The position numbers were made by a program, and so were the translations under genes. Shown here in pieces: positions 1-13,195 of a DNA stretch of 64,000 nt. How positions within the stretch are numbered: position 1 is the stretch's first letter; each line of letters starts with the position of its first letter. A model generated the notes under the pieces. That model was not told the origin of the DNA and searched no databases. It saw only the letters and a program-made list of their open reading frames with translations. Source of the DNA: Trichoplax adhaerens (Eukaryota; Animalia; Placozoa); contig NW_002060948.1 in assembly GCF_000150275.1 (NCBI RefSeq), positions 3,175,183 through 3,239,182 on the forward strand, given 5' to 3'.

Positions 1-42
1 CACGACCGAGTGAATACTGACTGAATAGAGAGGTCAGCTCTC

Positions 43-102
43 CTGAACGGTACTGAACGGTACTGTACGGTACTGTACGGTACTGTACGGTACTGTACGG
101 TA
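43..102. repeat. 10-bp tandem repeat (TACTGWACGG) x ~6
   Basis: Read directly: tactgaacgg then tactgtacgg four times in 10-bp register. Confidence 0.95.
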
Positions 103-103
103 T

Positions 104-758
104 CAAGCTCTAGGCTTCACTCCAGTGGTGTCAAGTCAGTAGTGCTTCGAAGTACAGTACACCACGGTCGTCACGACGTCAGCAAGCTCTACTGTAGGCT
201 TCACTCCAGTGGTGTCAAGTCAGTAGTGTTTCGAAGTACAGTACACCACGGTCGTCACGACGTCAGCAAGCTCTACCGTAGGCTTCACTCCAGTGGTGTC
301 AAGTCAGTAATGTTTCGAAGTATAGTACACCACGGTCGTAGCGACGTCAGCAAGCTCTACGCTTCACTCCGGTGGTGTCAAATCAGTAGTATTTCGATTA
401 TAGATCATCACGGTTTGAACCGAACTCAGGTCTAGTTTCGAAGTATAGTACCGTACACCACGGTCGTAGCGACGTCAGCAAGCTCTACTGTCATGTAGGC
501 TTCACTCCAGTGGTGTCAAGTCAGTAATGTTTGGAAGTACAGTATACCACGGTCGAAGCGACGTCAGCAAGCTCTACGCTTCACTCCAGTGGTGTCAAGT
601 CAGTACAGTAGTGTTTCGATTATAGATCATCACGGTTTGAACCGAACCGAACCGAACTCAGGTCTAGTTTCGAAGTACAGTACACCACGGTCGTAGCGGC
701 GTCAGAAAGCTCTACGCTTCACTCCAGTGGTGTCAAGTCAGTAGTGTTTCCAAGTACA
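104..758. repeat. Complex tandem repeat/satellite, ~79-84 bp monomer with 138-bp variants
   Basis: Anchor GCTTCACTCC recurs at 114, 198, 282, 361, 499, 578 and 716 (spacings 84, 84, 79, 138, 79, 138); the 138-bp units carry an extra module ATTATAGATCATCACGGTTTGAACC(GAACC)nGAACTCAGGTCTAGT. Confidence 0.95.
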
Positions 759-814
759 CAATAAGCAGTTAACATGGATATTTTTCCTGTTAAACACTGT
801 TGAAAGAAATTTTA

Positions 815-1095
815 TAGTACTACAGTAGACTGTGCTGTACACTATACAGAACAAGTGTGACTTCTGACATTCAGCTTAGCCAATGATTTTTACCATAAAG
901 AAGGAAGGAAAAGGAAAACTTTCGAATTTGCCTTACACTGTGTATTGTACTGTATCGTACAGTACTGCACGCTATACAGTATTGTACCAGAGCGTACAGA
1001 CCGGGGACTTCCAAGAATAAAGTACCGAGAGTAAGAGTACTAAGTACTGTGGTGCAGTACTTACTGTACACTGTACACTGTACACTATACGAGAT
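815..1095. repeat. ACAGT/ACTGT/GTAC-rich low-complexity tract
   Basis: Dense tacagta, gtactgta and tacactgtacactgtacac runs. Confidence 0.75.
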
Positions 1096-1885
1096 AGTAT
1101 GATAGCAACCGGTATTATGGCTACACATCATGCATAAAATAGTGACATCATTTTTCAAAACATTCCATACTCAGTCAGTGATTTCTCATAAGAAAATGAA
1201 CTTCCAAATGTAATGTTATTGATTGATGAAATAATTTTGCGAGAGAAACTTTCTTTATCCAGGACCTACTGCAGTGTGTATTCTTGTAAGAAGTCCTCCG
1301 ACTGTACACAATAACAAAATCTGTCTGAAATTTTTTTTTACCGCCTCAGGTAGTGATTGGTGATGAATTAATTGACTAATTAAATTTGTGTATGACAGTA
1401 TAGTTGTTTCAATTTTAAGCAATAAAAATAAATAAATACAAGAACAGACTGTGTGATTTAAGGCATTCTGAACATATTGACCACATTTTTTAGTTTACAG
1501 GTCACGTACAAGATCTGACATGGTGCGCTAGTACACAACATGGAGCCTATGATCAAGGGGGAAAACCTCATAAGGTCTCGAGTGTACACTTGCACCGTCA
1601 GACCATTCAATCTATTAAGTTGACAGAGTTGTATTAACCGTAAAGAAATGAAAATGTTGTACTCCTGTGTGTACACTAAGCAAAGTAGGTTGTGTGGTAT
1701 TAGTAAAACGTTGAATGTTTTCATCAGACTTTGTCTAATTTATGTACACTGTTGTGCAGAAAAACAGTAGCAAAACAATTCTACAACTCTTTATCTTTCA
1801 AGTACGTCAGTTAAATGAGCACATTATCGTAAGCCGTGAGTAAAGCGACGGGAGTTTGCACTAGTATAGTCTATTCAAACGGATG

Positions 1886-2083
1886 NNNNNNNNNNNNNNN
1901 NNNNNNNNNNNNNNNNNNNNNNNNNNNNNNNNNNNNNNNNNNNNNNNNNNNNNNNNNNNNNNNNNNNNNNNNNNNNNNNNNNNNNNNNNNNNNNNNNNNN
2001 NNNNNNNNNNNNNNNNNNNNNNNNNNNNNNNNNNNNNNNNNNNNNNNNNNNNNNNNNNNNNNNNNNNNNNNNNNNNNNNNNNN
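1886..2083. other. Assembly gap (198 N) followed by a poly-G run
   Basis: N run in the sequence; G homopolymer immediately after it. Confidence 1.
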
Positions 2084-3028
2084 GTGGGGGGGGGGGGGAC
2101 TTTAATATAGAAAATAAACGAGATGTACTGTAAATTAATAGTTACTTGTTTCCGTAAAAGAGCAGTGAATCAATCTTGTTGTAGGAGTTAACTAGCACTA
2201 AAATAATAAATTCAAAATTTTTGCATACTGCATGCAATAGGACATCCATAAAATACTCCATCATTTCTGTAGTGACTACATCTGCTGGAAGTCGTAAGCT
2301 TAATTTGAACTTGAAATTACAAGTAATACAATATTCAACATAGAACGGGATAAATAGATTACAGGAAATACCTTAATACTGTACAGTGTGACTAAACTCT
2401 AGATAACATTGCACATATTACGTGAATACTTTGATGTTAAAGAACACATGTCGGTCGCTTCCTCTGGCACATACTAGGCCTTCCGAATATAGTATTGTCA
2501 GTATTGCGCTCACCATTATATTGCGATATATAATATTTACATCACCGAATAAGATGTGCAGGTCTTGTTGTCTTACTGATCCTCTAAACAGCGTCTATAA
2601 TAAAATTGTTTACCCATTATCCCTGCCGGAATACGGTTTCTGCCAGTGTCTTGAAGATATAACTCAATCTTATGACAATGTAGGAACAACATAACTTTAT
2701 TTCTTATGCTTACAAATACCTTAATACGCGTATAGCATAATCTTAACTGGGATAAAGATTAGCTTATGTAGGATTTTAAATCTTAAATCCAATATCAGTT
2801 TTCATAATCATAAAAGCAATGAGCTTTATTTATAAAAAATCTTTATTAGTAAATTCGCGTGGTTGGCGAATACTTGATTTATTTCATTAAATTATCATCA
2901 ATTTTGAATTATCTGAGTCTAAAAAAATGAAATCATTTATTCAATTAAAATTTCTGGATAGTTACTTCCAAATAACCTACTCAGCAACCAGCTAACGCTA
3001 TAATCACCCAATAAAAGATGATCTTCGG

Positions 3029-6000
3029 CTACAACGATGATTTCACCGAACCCTGACGCTGTTGTTGAAGGGCATCATACATGGCGGCAGTGATAAGTTG
3101 GACATTTTCTTTGGTGCAATTATATCCCATAAGTCCAATCCTCCAAACCTGATAGTGTTGATTAGACAGCAAACGAAAAAGAAATGAAATTAAACGATAA
3201 AGGTATTATTCTTTTTATGGTAGAAAGAAACATAGTGTATAATAGTATCAAATTTGAAGCAGCAGTATAGCAAAAGCGAGACCTGACGATATTATATCAA
3301 CACCAAATTTTAATTATCTATCATAAAAATATTTCGATCGTATACTAACTACATAGAATATCTACAATTTACTCCGTAAATTATAGGCCTGCACGTTATA
3401 TGGAAGAACACGAGACAAATATGTAATAGATAAAGATAGACGCAAGTATTGAACCCACCTTCCCTGCAGTTTCACCTAGTCCGCCAGATATTTCTAGATT
3501 GTATCTAGACAATGGTAAATGTAGATCTTAGATAAACTATTTATACGAGAAATCTTATCATAGGATTTCTCCTTTCAAATGTCATTGATCAATTACCCAA
3601 ATTGGAATGTTAACAAATAACTGAACAAAGATAATTCAATTATAACTTGCTTAACATATCGCGTCATTTGATGTAAAAAAACATCACAAGATCAGAATAA
3701 TTCTATCAAGTGATTTTTACATCCATACTTTTGCATTATAAACGTTGCAACTTCCTTCCAATTAATGCCATTTGGAACATTGACTGCGGTTACTGTTGGC
3801 AATCTAGCAATCTATCAAGAAAAAAGTATTTATACCATATAAATCCAACATTTAAATTAACGTCATACGACCTACGTATTTATCATTAGACTGCGTAAAT
3901 TCAATCCCCTTTAATAACGTACAAAACTTGGGTAGTAACTGCTTACCAGTGTAAGACAAGTATTAACCAAATCTATCTTAGATATTCCTCAAAAATATTA
4001 CATTAGTGATATCAATACCTTCTTTTTGACATAGAGCTCTAGACCTAGCTTCTGTAATTCGTTCCATAGTAATTCTGAATTTTCTTTATGACGCCTCCAT
4101 GAATTCTCCAACCCCTGTATATTTCAATTCCAATCATCGAGGATAAAATCAATTCCATTATAATAATTTATTAAATAACTGTTATCTTCCTATCTAAGAG
4201 TCATTCTATTCAAAGCGCTACAAATTTATTACACCGAGTAACCGAAATGAAGATTTTTGCTCCAAAATTTCTCATAATATCAATACGGTGAGTTCATTTA
4301 ATCATTTCGAATCAGAGATTGCTAATGGTTGAGATAAAGAACCATTTGACCACTTATAAGTCTATTATTCTAAATTATGACTATCACTATAAGTAGATTA
4401 CAGGGCCATCAATTCGATGACTATATTTAATTATTTCTATCCAGAGATTAACAATTATTCAAAGTCTTGATAATAACTTCTGATTCTAACAGCAATGCAA
4501 ATTAGATAGTTCTAAGTTACATATTCGCATAATATCGAAGAGCTGATTTAAATGTTTATTATATGATGATATAGGGATATAGTGTGCATTGCACTCTATC
4601 AACTAAATTGAATTTAAATGCCATGATAACCTGGTTTGTAAGTAATCTGATGATATTAATATACTATTCAGTTACTATTTATATCGAAACTTTGCTCAAA
4701 TATATCTCCCAATCAAATAATAGAAGACGCAACAATTATGCCCTAGTTGTAATAAAGTGTTACCAGGAACTGCATTAAGAGACCGATTTTAATCGATGCT
4801 ATTTTACCTCGTTGCACAGAATAGAGATTCCTTCCCTAAGAGCGTAGAAGCTGCTAATAGGACCGGTATGGTGATATCTAAAAATGTATATTGAACCTTC
4901 ATTTTCTTAACTAAATGACCGCACCTGAAGATCTTGCGACAATTTACGAAGCTAATATCAAGTGTAGCTTTATAAAATTTGAACATAGAAGAAGTCGAGA
5001 ATCCTCATCTTACGGTTTACAATATTAGTCTCTAGTTACCTTCTAGGCTGATCGTCTACCCCCCAATAATTTGCAAGTTGTATCAGATCGAAATAAAAAG
5101 ATTCAACCTTAGTTTTTCGATTTTTCACTTTATCCCTATTAATTTTTTATTATTATTCCATTAATATTATCATGCTTCAGATAACAATTTCTACCAATGT
5201 ACTATTAACTGATTATTTCTATCATACACTAACCATGCTCTTGGGCTAAATGAAATCGGAGAAGCACCAGGAGGACTGCTAAGACATTTCTGAGCTCCAC
5301 TGTAGACAATATCTATTTCTGTTATAAAAAGATTTATTTACTTAGTAAAAAATTTTTCTACGCTATCATATTTCCTAGCCCTAAAATTTTAGTTATATGC
5401 GTAATTTCTAGGTCAAAAAACAAATGAATTCACAATTTTTAATTTATTGTCTTCCAATATAACTTATTATTAACTAATTCATCAAATTCAAATTAGCCTG
5501 CGACCTTGAATCATGTATACATGGACCTATGTGACTGTAGCTCGATAATCATAATGGTACGAAAGAAATATTGTCAATACTTATTATAGCTAACACAAAG
5601 GTCTGTATATATATATATACTGTATTTACTAAAGATCTAAAATTTATCAACATTAATAAATAGATTACTGCTATCTATGAGTTATATGCACCTAATAAAT
5701 AGCAAGATCAAGCTATACTTTCTAACACTATCATCAGTCTAAAGCATGTCTAAAATTTTTACTAATTGAATTAAAGCCGCTTTACTAATCCAATAAAGAG
5801 TTTAATGGGGATTTTATTTCGTCTTTGCAAGTTATATAACAACAGCAGACATGATATTATTCGATCCCAATCACTTAATAGTAGTTTTTATTTATTAACT
5901 CTTATTTACTAGCCGTTTTCAAGCGTTTGTTCGCGGGAAGATTAAAATTTCTATAAAGCCGTAGCGTTTGTTAACTCACCCAATTCATCAACTTTGATTG

Positions 6001-7038
6001 GAATTCCTCCTAACGATGCAACCGTATCTACTAGCAATAAGCAATTATGCCTATAAAATAATAAAGCCATAAAAGCTTAAAAGTTTTTAGTAGCATGGGT
6101 CACTATTTCACAAATACAGAAAATAAATGAGTCTTCAATTAATCAACAGTAATTCTAACTATAAGTACATAGTCCATGGCATGCGTAGTCACATAAAATT
6201 TAACCTATGTAGCAATTTATCGATATTTTAAATTTAGATTGTTCGATTTTTAATAATTTTTGTAGCTGTAACTGATATCTTTGAAATTTTAAAAAGACCA
6301 ACTTGTGGCAAAGTCTACCAATTCCTTCCAAAGGTTGTAAAACGGTTGCAGATGATTCGGCATGAGTTATGAAAAATAATTTTGGCTTGTCTCGGATTAA
6401 TCCCTAAGTGAATTTTACGGGTTTCATGAAAGAAAACCCCAGAAACATTATTTATATATCACAAAAGTCTATAACATAGTTAAAATAATATTAAAGCACT
6501 TCTTCAATCTCTTCCAAGGTGAAGACTTGGCCGACAGGTTTCTTAATTGTTGTTACTTTTGCCCCTATACTTAGAGAATTTAAATCAGAATTCGTATATT
6601 AGTAATAAATCATCTTAGATTATTAATAAAACTTGTAAATACTGCTATCTATTTTATTAATAATGTCGTACCGTATCTGCTGGATAAATCAAAAACGCGA
6701 GCTCCCCATAATCCATTTACCGCTACTAATACTTTATCATTACGCTCGACAACATTAGCAATCGCTGCTTCCATAGCGGCATGTCCTGTACCACTAATAG
6801 CGATAGTCAAACTATTATTGGTCTGAAATATATAACGCAAACCTTCTTTAATTTCATCCATTACATCTAGAAATTCTTTATGTAAATGACCCAACAATGG
6901 TAAAGCGGAGGCTGCTAAAACGCGAGGTGATGCATTCGATGGCCCTGGTCCCATTAGCAGTCTTTGAGGAACTTTAATGGGAGTTAATAGCGAAGTAGGT
7001 GCTGAAATGGGAAGTGCTGATTGTGCTTTATGAGCCAT
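3029..7038 (-). CDS. AGXT: Alanine--glyoxylate / serine--pyruvate aminotransferase (class V PLP enzyme), 11 exons, 399 aa
   Basis: Exons with GT-AG ends and consistent phases: 7038-6672, 6564-6500, 6403-6303, 6050-5980, 5318-5234, 5135-5040, 4877-4808, 4114-4019, 3811-3729, 3504-3459, 3148-3029 (1200 nt). Motifs [33 protein letters not shown] lysine [31 protein letters not shown]; ends KSSL-stop. Confidence 0.97.
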
Positions 7039-7857
7039 TCTAAGATCACTAATCTACAACTACGTTGCTGTAAAACTAATTCAGCCACGATAATAATTTG
7101 TGATGGCAAAAGGTACCACGCATGCTTCTTTACGTTAGGGATAAGATTTGCAAATCATATTCTCGTATAATGATATGCGGATTTTAGTCATAATTTGTTT
7201 ACGTTATCTGGATTAGGACAGAGTCCATCAATGGATGTTGTATGCCTATTCCTGATTGGTTACAAGAGTATTTTTTTGGTGAATAAAAATGTTTTCATGA
7301 AAAATATAGACTTATTAATTAATTAAAAGCTTACAGACATTCTTCCTACAAAGATACTGGTATCTTATTAACTCTCTTGATTTACGTACATAAGTTTTTA
7401 TACTATTAAACTGCATTTCTTATTGTTGGACTTATTCAATAACAAGATGGAAAAAGATTGTATAATCCATTTAACTTCTACAGGATGCACAGCAAGTAAA
7501 AAGCAAAATCGACTAAGACTTAATTTATTCAAACAATTTTAAACCAAAAACTCTGCTATATGCAGCAGAATGAATTAAAACAATTTAGCATCATGTTCAA
7601 TAGCTTATTTTATCAGTAGAAGATAAAATTGCTTTCTATACTAATATAATTAGTAAATGAATTTATAGTAATAATTTGGAAGGTAGAGCTATTAAAACCG
7701 TAGACTACCTTACAATCAGGACAAGTTTAGCAATTAATAATTAAAGCTATAGATCATACGCCAAGTATTAAACACGAATCTCATAAATTGATATCCGCAA
7801 CAAGATAATTCATAAACTAATTGGTAATATCAGTTATTATCTACTGGCAATAACATG

Positions 7858-10826
7858 TTAATTTTGGCTGTTGTTGTCATTATCATCTGCGAGCATCCCC
7901 TCTTCCATAGCAGAAAAGTGGCTGTACAATAATACACACGGAAGGATAATTGTGACGCCTGCAATGATAAATCCAGTTGAAATCGTAAAATGAGGATACC
8001 AATGGAAATATTTTTTATCTGTAAACATGGTCCAAAAAAACGCCACTAACGGTATAACGAGAGCTTGAATTATAACGAGATAATTTGCTCCATCCGCATA
8101 TCGAAGTAGTAATAGCGACGAAAGTTGACTTATACAAAAGAATAAAATGAAAGCGCAAGAAATACCAGCTGCCCAAGGATAATGAACTTTAGAATTTCCA
8201 GTAAATTGAGACATTAAACCACAAAACATTCCGTTTCTGAATTGTTGCAACGTTTTCGACTGCAATTCAAAAGTAAAAAATCCAACGTAAAAAATCCAAA
8301 AAACTTTAGTCTTACTTACGGTACAGTAAGATAACAAAATTCTAATATTTATCCTCAAATATGTACTAGAAGACTAATACGGTATAACAGTTAAATTTAT
8401 AAATAACCGTATTAATATCGACATTAGGTAGCCAAGCCATGTTTACTAATGTTGATTATTATTAATTTATCATTAAGTTCAATTTCAAAGAATATAGGAA
8501 CGAATTACAGCCTTAGGTGTAAATTATTATTTTGTTAACGTGTGCTACGTAGAAGTATAAAAAGTCGTGTTACTATTTAATATACCCCATCCTGAAATAA
8601 GCATGATTTAAACAAGTGTTGTCAGATATCTTCGATTTTCCCTATTGATAAATACTACCATAATAATTAATGTAAATAATGTATTCAGCTACTACGCTGA
8701 GTAAACGATATATCTATCAAATTTCTGAAGATTATTTAAATTTAGATAGCACCATATCGCCACATAATATGAGAAAAAACGTTTCGCATACGGGCATCCA
8801 GTAGTAACTATATGTGGCTGCTTGCTATTAAATAATTACAAATAGTTAAGTTCTAAGGTATATGTGTGAGATCCGCGCTTTACTTGGTTGCAGAGCTTAA
8901 TATGACGGATAGTGTTAGGTAATAATTTTCCTATTTCAATAGTTACTCCTACTATCTGTCAATATAATTATCATATGTGCAAATTAAAGCTTGTTTTGGT
9001 TCTTACTAGTGATCCATGAAATTACATGAATTATCTTTTTCTACTCTATAAATATACTGTATCAAATGGAGCTTACCAAGAGCTTCATCTACTGCGATAG
9101 TGTTCTAGTTATTATACTTTATAAACTATATCTATAGGGTTTAATAATGATGCTATACTGCAGTATATGCGTACAGTATAATATGAAGCTTTTAAGTTAT
9201 TTACTGCGATTTCAAGTCTAATAATGCTTTTACGAATGATTCTTATTTTGTTTCCATTATAATATCATTTATTCAACAATATAACCGTACTTAATACTAT
9301 TGACTAACCCTTTAGGTCTATATACTAAAAGATGTTACATACGCAAACACGCTCATTTCACGCAGCAGTTCACCTTATAAGAAAATTATAGCTATTAAAC
9401 GTCTTGAGCAATAATACGGCTATTATACAACTTCTAGAAAAGTATTAAACCAATTGTCAACATTAATAGTTTTGAGGACCACAAGATTGTATAGATATTA
9501 ATCTTGTTATTTAATATTACTCTCGTTCATGACTCTGATCACAAACCAGTTCGAGTGCTAGCAAGCGATTGCGATATTCTTGGTCTATACGAGAATATTT
9601 CTGATAAGATATTTTGTAATCACACGCACACTTAAATCTAAAGATTAAGCGGTTAAATGATCATTTATCAATACCATTATCATTTAGTAAGGCTCATATT
9701 TATTTATATCTCTTACCATACTGGAGGGGATAGTATAATCTGATATAAATAACTTCTTATTATCATTAAAATGTTTATTCCAAGTCCTTTATTTACCTCA
9801 CCAAAACCTGGAATAAATTCAACCCAAAATACCAGTCCAAAGTAGAAAACCTTGTAAGTTTGCAACCAAGCTTCAAAAATTAAAGCTTCTTCCTATAGTA
9901 GAATCATACGCGTTTATCCAAAAATAGAATTATTTGCATGTCTTTCTTGACGATACTTTTAAATTAGCTCTTATTTAGGGCTAATTACTTTGCAATTAAT
10001 ACAAAAATTATTAATGGTAACAATAAGGTAAACAAGAGGGTCGAAATATATCAATATGCATATATATATTATAAATGATTTTGCTAACCATCGAATCTTT
10101 TTTAATCTCTCGTTCTTGTAAAACAGTAGATAAGCTATTAGGTAAATAGGCTAGTCCAAAAATTATTGGCCATACCAATGATTCTCCGGCATGATGATCA
10201 TATTGATTATCGATATTAAAAATGTTCGGTTCAAACGAAATAAATAAGCCGATCAAAGTACCCAATGTACATATTAGACGACCAGCACCACTAGATTTAT
10301 GCAATACAATATAACTTAAAACGACAGTGTATGGAATTCTTAAAGATCTGAGAATAACTTGTAAACTAGGAGTAGTCCTATTTGGTGGACTTGCATAGAC
10401 AACAAAAACAGCATTCAGAGCTTCTAACAAACCAAGTAGAACAAAAACTCTGTGCGAAGTATATGATTTGAAACTAAATGATGGATTGTATAATTTGACC
10501 ATTAAAGCAGCTAGCCAAAATGCAACAGGGAACCAGATATCACATGATATAAGAGTATAGTATTGATTACTGTGACAATAGCCTGATAGGAGAATACTTT
10601 GTGACAGAATAGGTAAGGTAATACTAACGCCACATAGGGTCACAATGCATATAATCGCACATATTGCTTTAATAAATGTCAGAGAAGTATGCACATTACA
10701 CATAGGCAGTTTAAATTTGCCGTTAGTAACTGCTTTCTTCCTTTCATCTCCTACATAATTGGTTATATCATCAGTAATTTGTTGAGAATTGCTAGAAATT
10801 AATACGGTCGTTTCATCTGCATCCAT
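7858..10826 (-). CDS. CRT-like (chloroquine resistance transporter-like, DMT superfamily) membrane transporter, copy A, 3 exons, 411 aa
   Basis: Exons 10826-10089, 9892-9797 (96 nt), 8259-7858, phase 0/0. About 10 hydrophobic segments; motifs ASPPNRTTPSLQVIL..IPYTV, FWVEFIPGFG, LLLRYADGANYLVII, FFWTMF fit the CRT-like family. Family call is from motif recognition, not a search. Confidence 0.85.
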
Positions 10827-13195
10827 AATAAATGGTAATTTAACCTTTGCACTGATAATTAATATTATAATTTAAGATCTTTTCACGTAACGAAATGATA
10901 CTTTACTCTAGGAAACAAGTTATAATACAAATATCACTAATTAAACCTATCGATATTACCAATATCAAGCTAAATGCATGACATGTACATGAATAATCAC
11001 ATTACAGTACAATAAAATTCCACAGCCATCTGCAAGTACCTATTGATTTACAGCAAGATAATGATGACGATAGTTTTCTTCGCATCCGAAAATTTAGCAT
11101 ACAAATACGTTTTAGGAGTCAGTTGAAACTTTTGACTTATACGGCTAATTGCAAGCTTAGTAAAATAAATAAATTAACATGTATTTGATAAACTGCATCT
11201 TCTATGGTACAGTTGTCAATACGACAGCAGTCATGATAGAACTGCAGTATGTATTTAAATGCGATTTTTAATGGATAATAGATCAAGCCATAGTTGTACG
11301 GCTCAGTTTATAGGTAATAATATTAAGGAATATAAGATATTAAAGTAGTTCGATTAAAAATAAGGTATTTTGAGTTAATGACTTAAAATATCAAAATCTA
11401 ATAAGACTGGCAATACAGAAGCTACATAAATAAATATTAACAGCAAACACCACAGAATAGGAACAAATGCATTTTAAAGCATTTTAATATCGTATTTATA
11501 TTGGTAATGATTACTAGTTCTTTGAAATTTATTTATATGAGGTCTATCTGATTGAGATTGCAATAATTGTTTACTATTTATTGTTTTATACTGTTACGGT
11601 TGGTATTTAAAGACTGCAATATAAGTAAACTTAATCAAGTGTTTTACTTTAAAAATTTTTGACTCTTCTAAAACTGAACTTAAATCGACCTTGAGCAATT
11701 TGATAGGACTCATTTCATCTTAGCTTTTGCCTATGGAAACCGAATTTAGATTCAATTTTTTTCGATTAGGAGTTTTAAATATTTATAAACCTTTCTTCAA
11801 GCACCAAAATCTAAGTCTAGCATATCTATGGATTACTCGTATTACATACGATCACTGGAATATATGAGTATCGTGTATGATCATGCAAAAATTATATCGC
11901 GAATTAAAATATTTCTTATTTCTTATGTATGTCTATATAATGGGCTAAAGGTACATATATTACTAGAAAATTCTTCTAGTATATTATTGATCATGCATAA
12001 TAATACCTTGTCGTAATTTATAGATTCTACCACCCTTCTTACTTGTAAACACTTCGCTCTTATTTGCATACATGATCGTTTTCGAGTACGTGACAACATT
12101 ATCAGATGACTTCCATAAGACCTTAATATCCTTTACAAGTAGCTTATAACTAAATGTTTGGTAAGGTATGCCGTCATAAACAGCATGATACTAGATAAGT
12201 TTATTATTATACTTGTTATTGCTAAAACTTAAGCGATGACGCAATTTAACGAAACAGCACACATTAGAAAAATTTTCTTGTTCAACTTAGATTCAGTATT
12301 GATATAGAGAATTATACCATTAATTATCTATCCGTATAGAAATCTACTTATATTTGATGATTGGTTTGTTTCCTCTTTATTTACTAGTTTTATCCTTTCT
12401 GAAGAAACTTACATTTTCATAAATAAAGTTAAATTTAGTTTTTAGGTAGAATTACTTTCTCTTGATTTTGACAAGTTTTTAGTAAATAATAACGATATAG
12501 ATTCCATGCTGTAACTAAGCTAGAATTTTATATTTTGATGTCGTAAGACTTAGAAATTTGTCATAATATTCAATAGAAATAGAATCTTTTTTATTTTAAA
12601 TCTTGGATATATGCGGTACTAAAATATTAGAAATAAAAAATACTGCAATCGCAGCATTTCTTGTTTTATTACATTACTATGAACATATAAATGTCTATTT
12701 ACATAAATATTAAATAAATGCAAACGTAGTGTTTGATATTTTATTGAGATAATGAAGCTCATATTATTGTAGAAGCTATAAAATTTTATAGAGATTTATC
12801 ATAAGTTCATAAAAAAAGTAAAGTATTACAATTTTTACTAAATTGAATATACTAATAATATATTTGCTATCCTAATATATCTCTTAAGATCAGCTACGTC
12901 AGCGATTAGTTAACTATTCAAAATTTCACTTCTATTTATAGAAAGAATTCCTTCAGATTAAAGGCTGTGAATCTGGATCTAATACTCAGTAAATATGGTA
13001 CTATTTGAATCAAGTAGGATTTGGCTTTATAGCCATTAATAATTATATAATAACCAAAGAGGAGGCTAGAAATGATATTTATATAAAATGGTATCGCTAG
13101 TTACAGGTAACTTAGAATCAGTTGACATTTCCTTAAGAGGTTACCTTTTAGTTAGAAATATGGTATGAGAGTAGTTTCCATCAATATGTGTAATA

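Noticed and set aside
104-758. CRISPR-like look of the repeat and the 97-aa ORF at 142-435
   Set aside because: No unique spacers, no cas genes, eukaryotic context; the ORF arises because the 84-bp unit is a multiple of three.
871-1158. Short Cys/Thr/Val/Gln/Tyr-rich ORFs here and at 15526-15836 and 30453-30903
   Set aside because: They are translations of ACAGT/GTAC low-complexity DNA (CTVQY repeats), not genes.
1836-2110. ORFs spanning the N run
   Set aside because: Artefacts of translating through the assembly gap.
7039-7125. Upstream ATG near 7123 as a possible mitochondrial leader for AGXT
   Set aside because: That frame ends in a stop and there is an in-frame TAG at 7054-7056; no splice path I can support.
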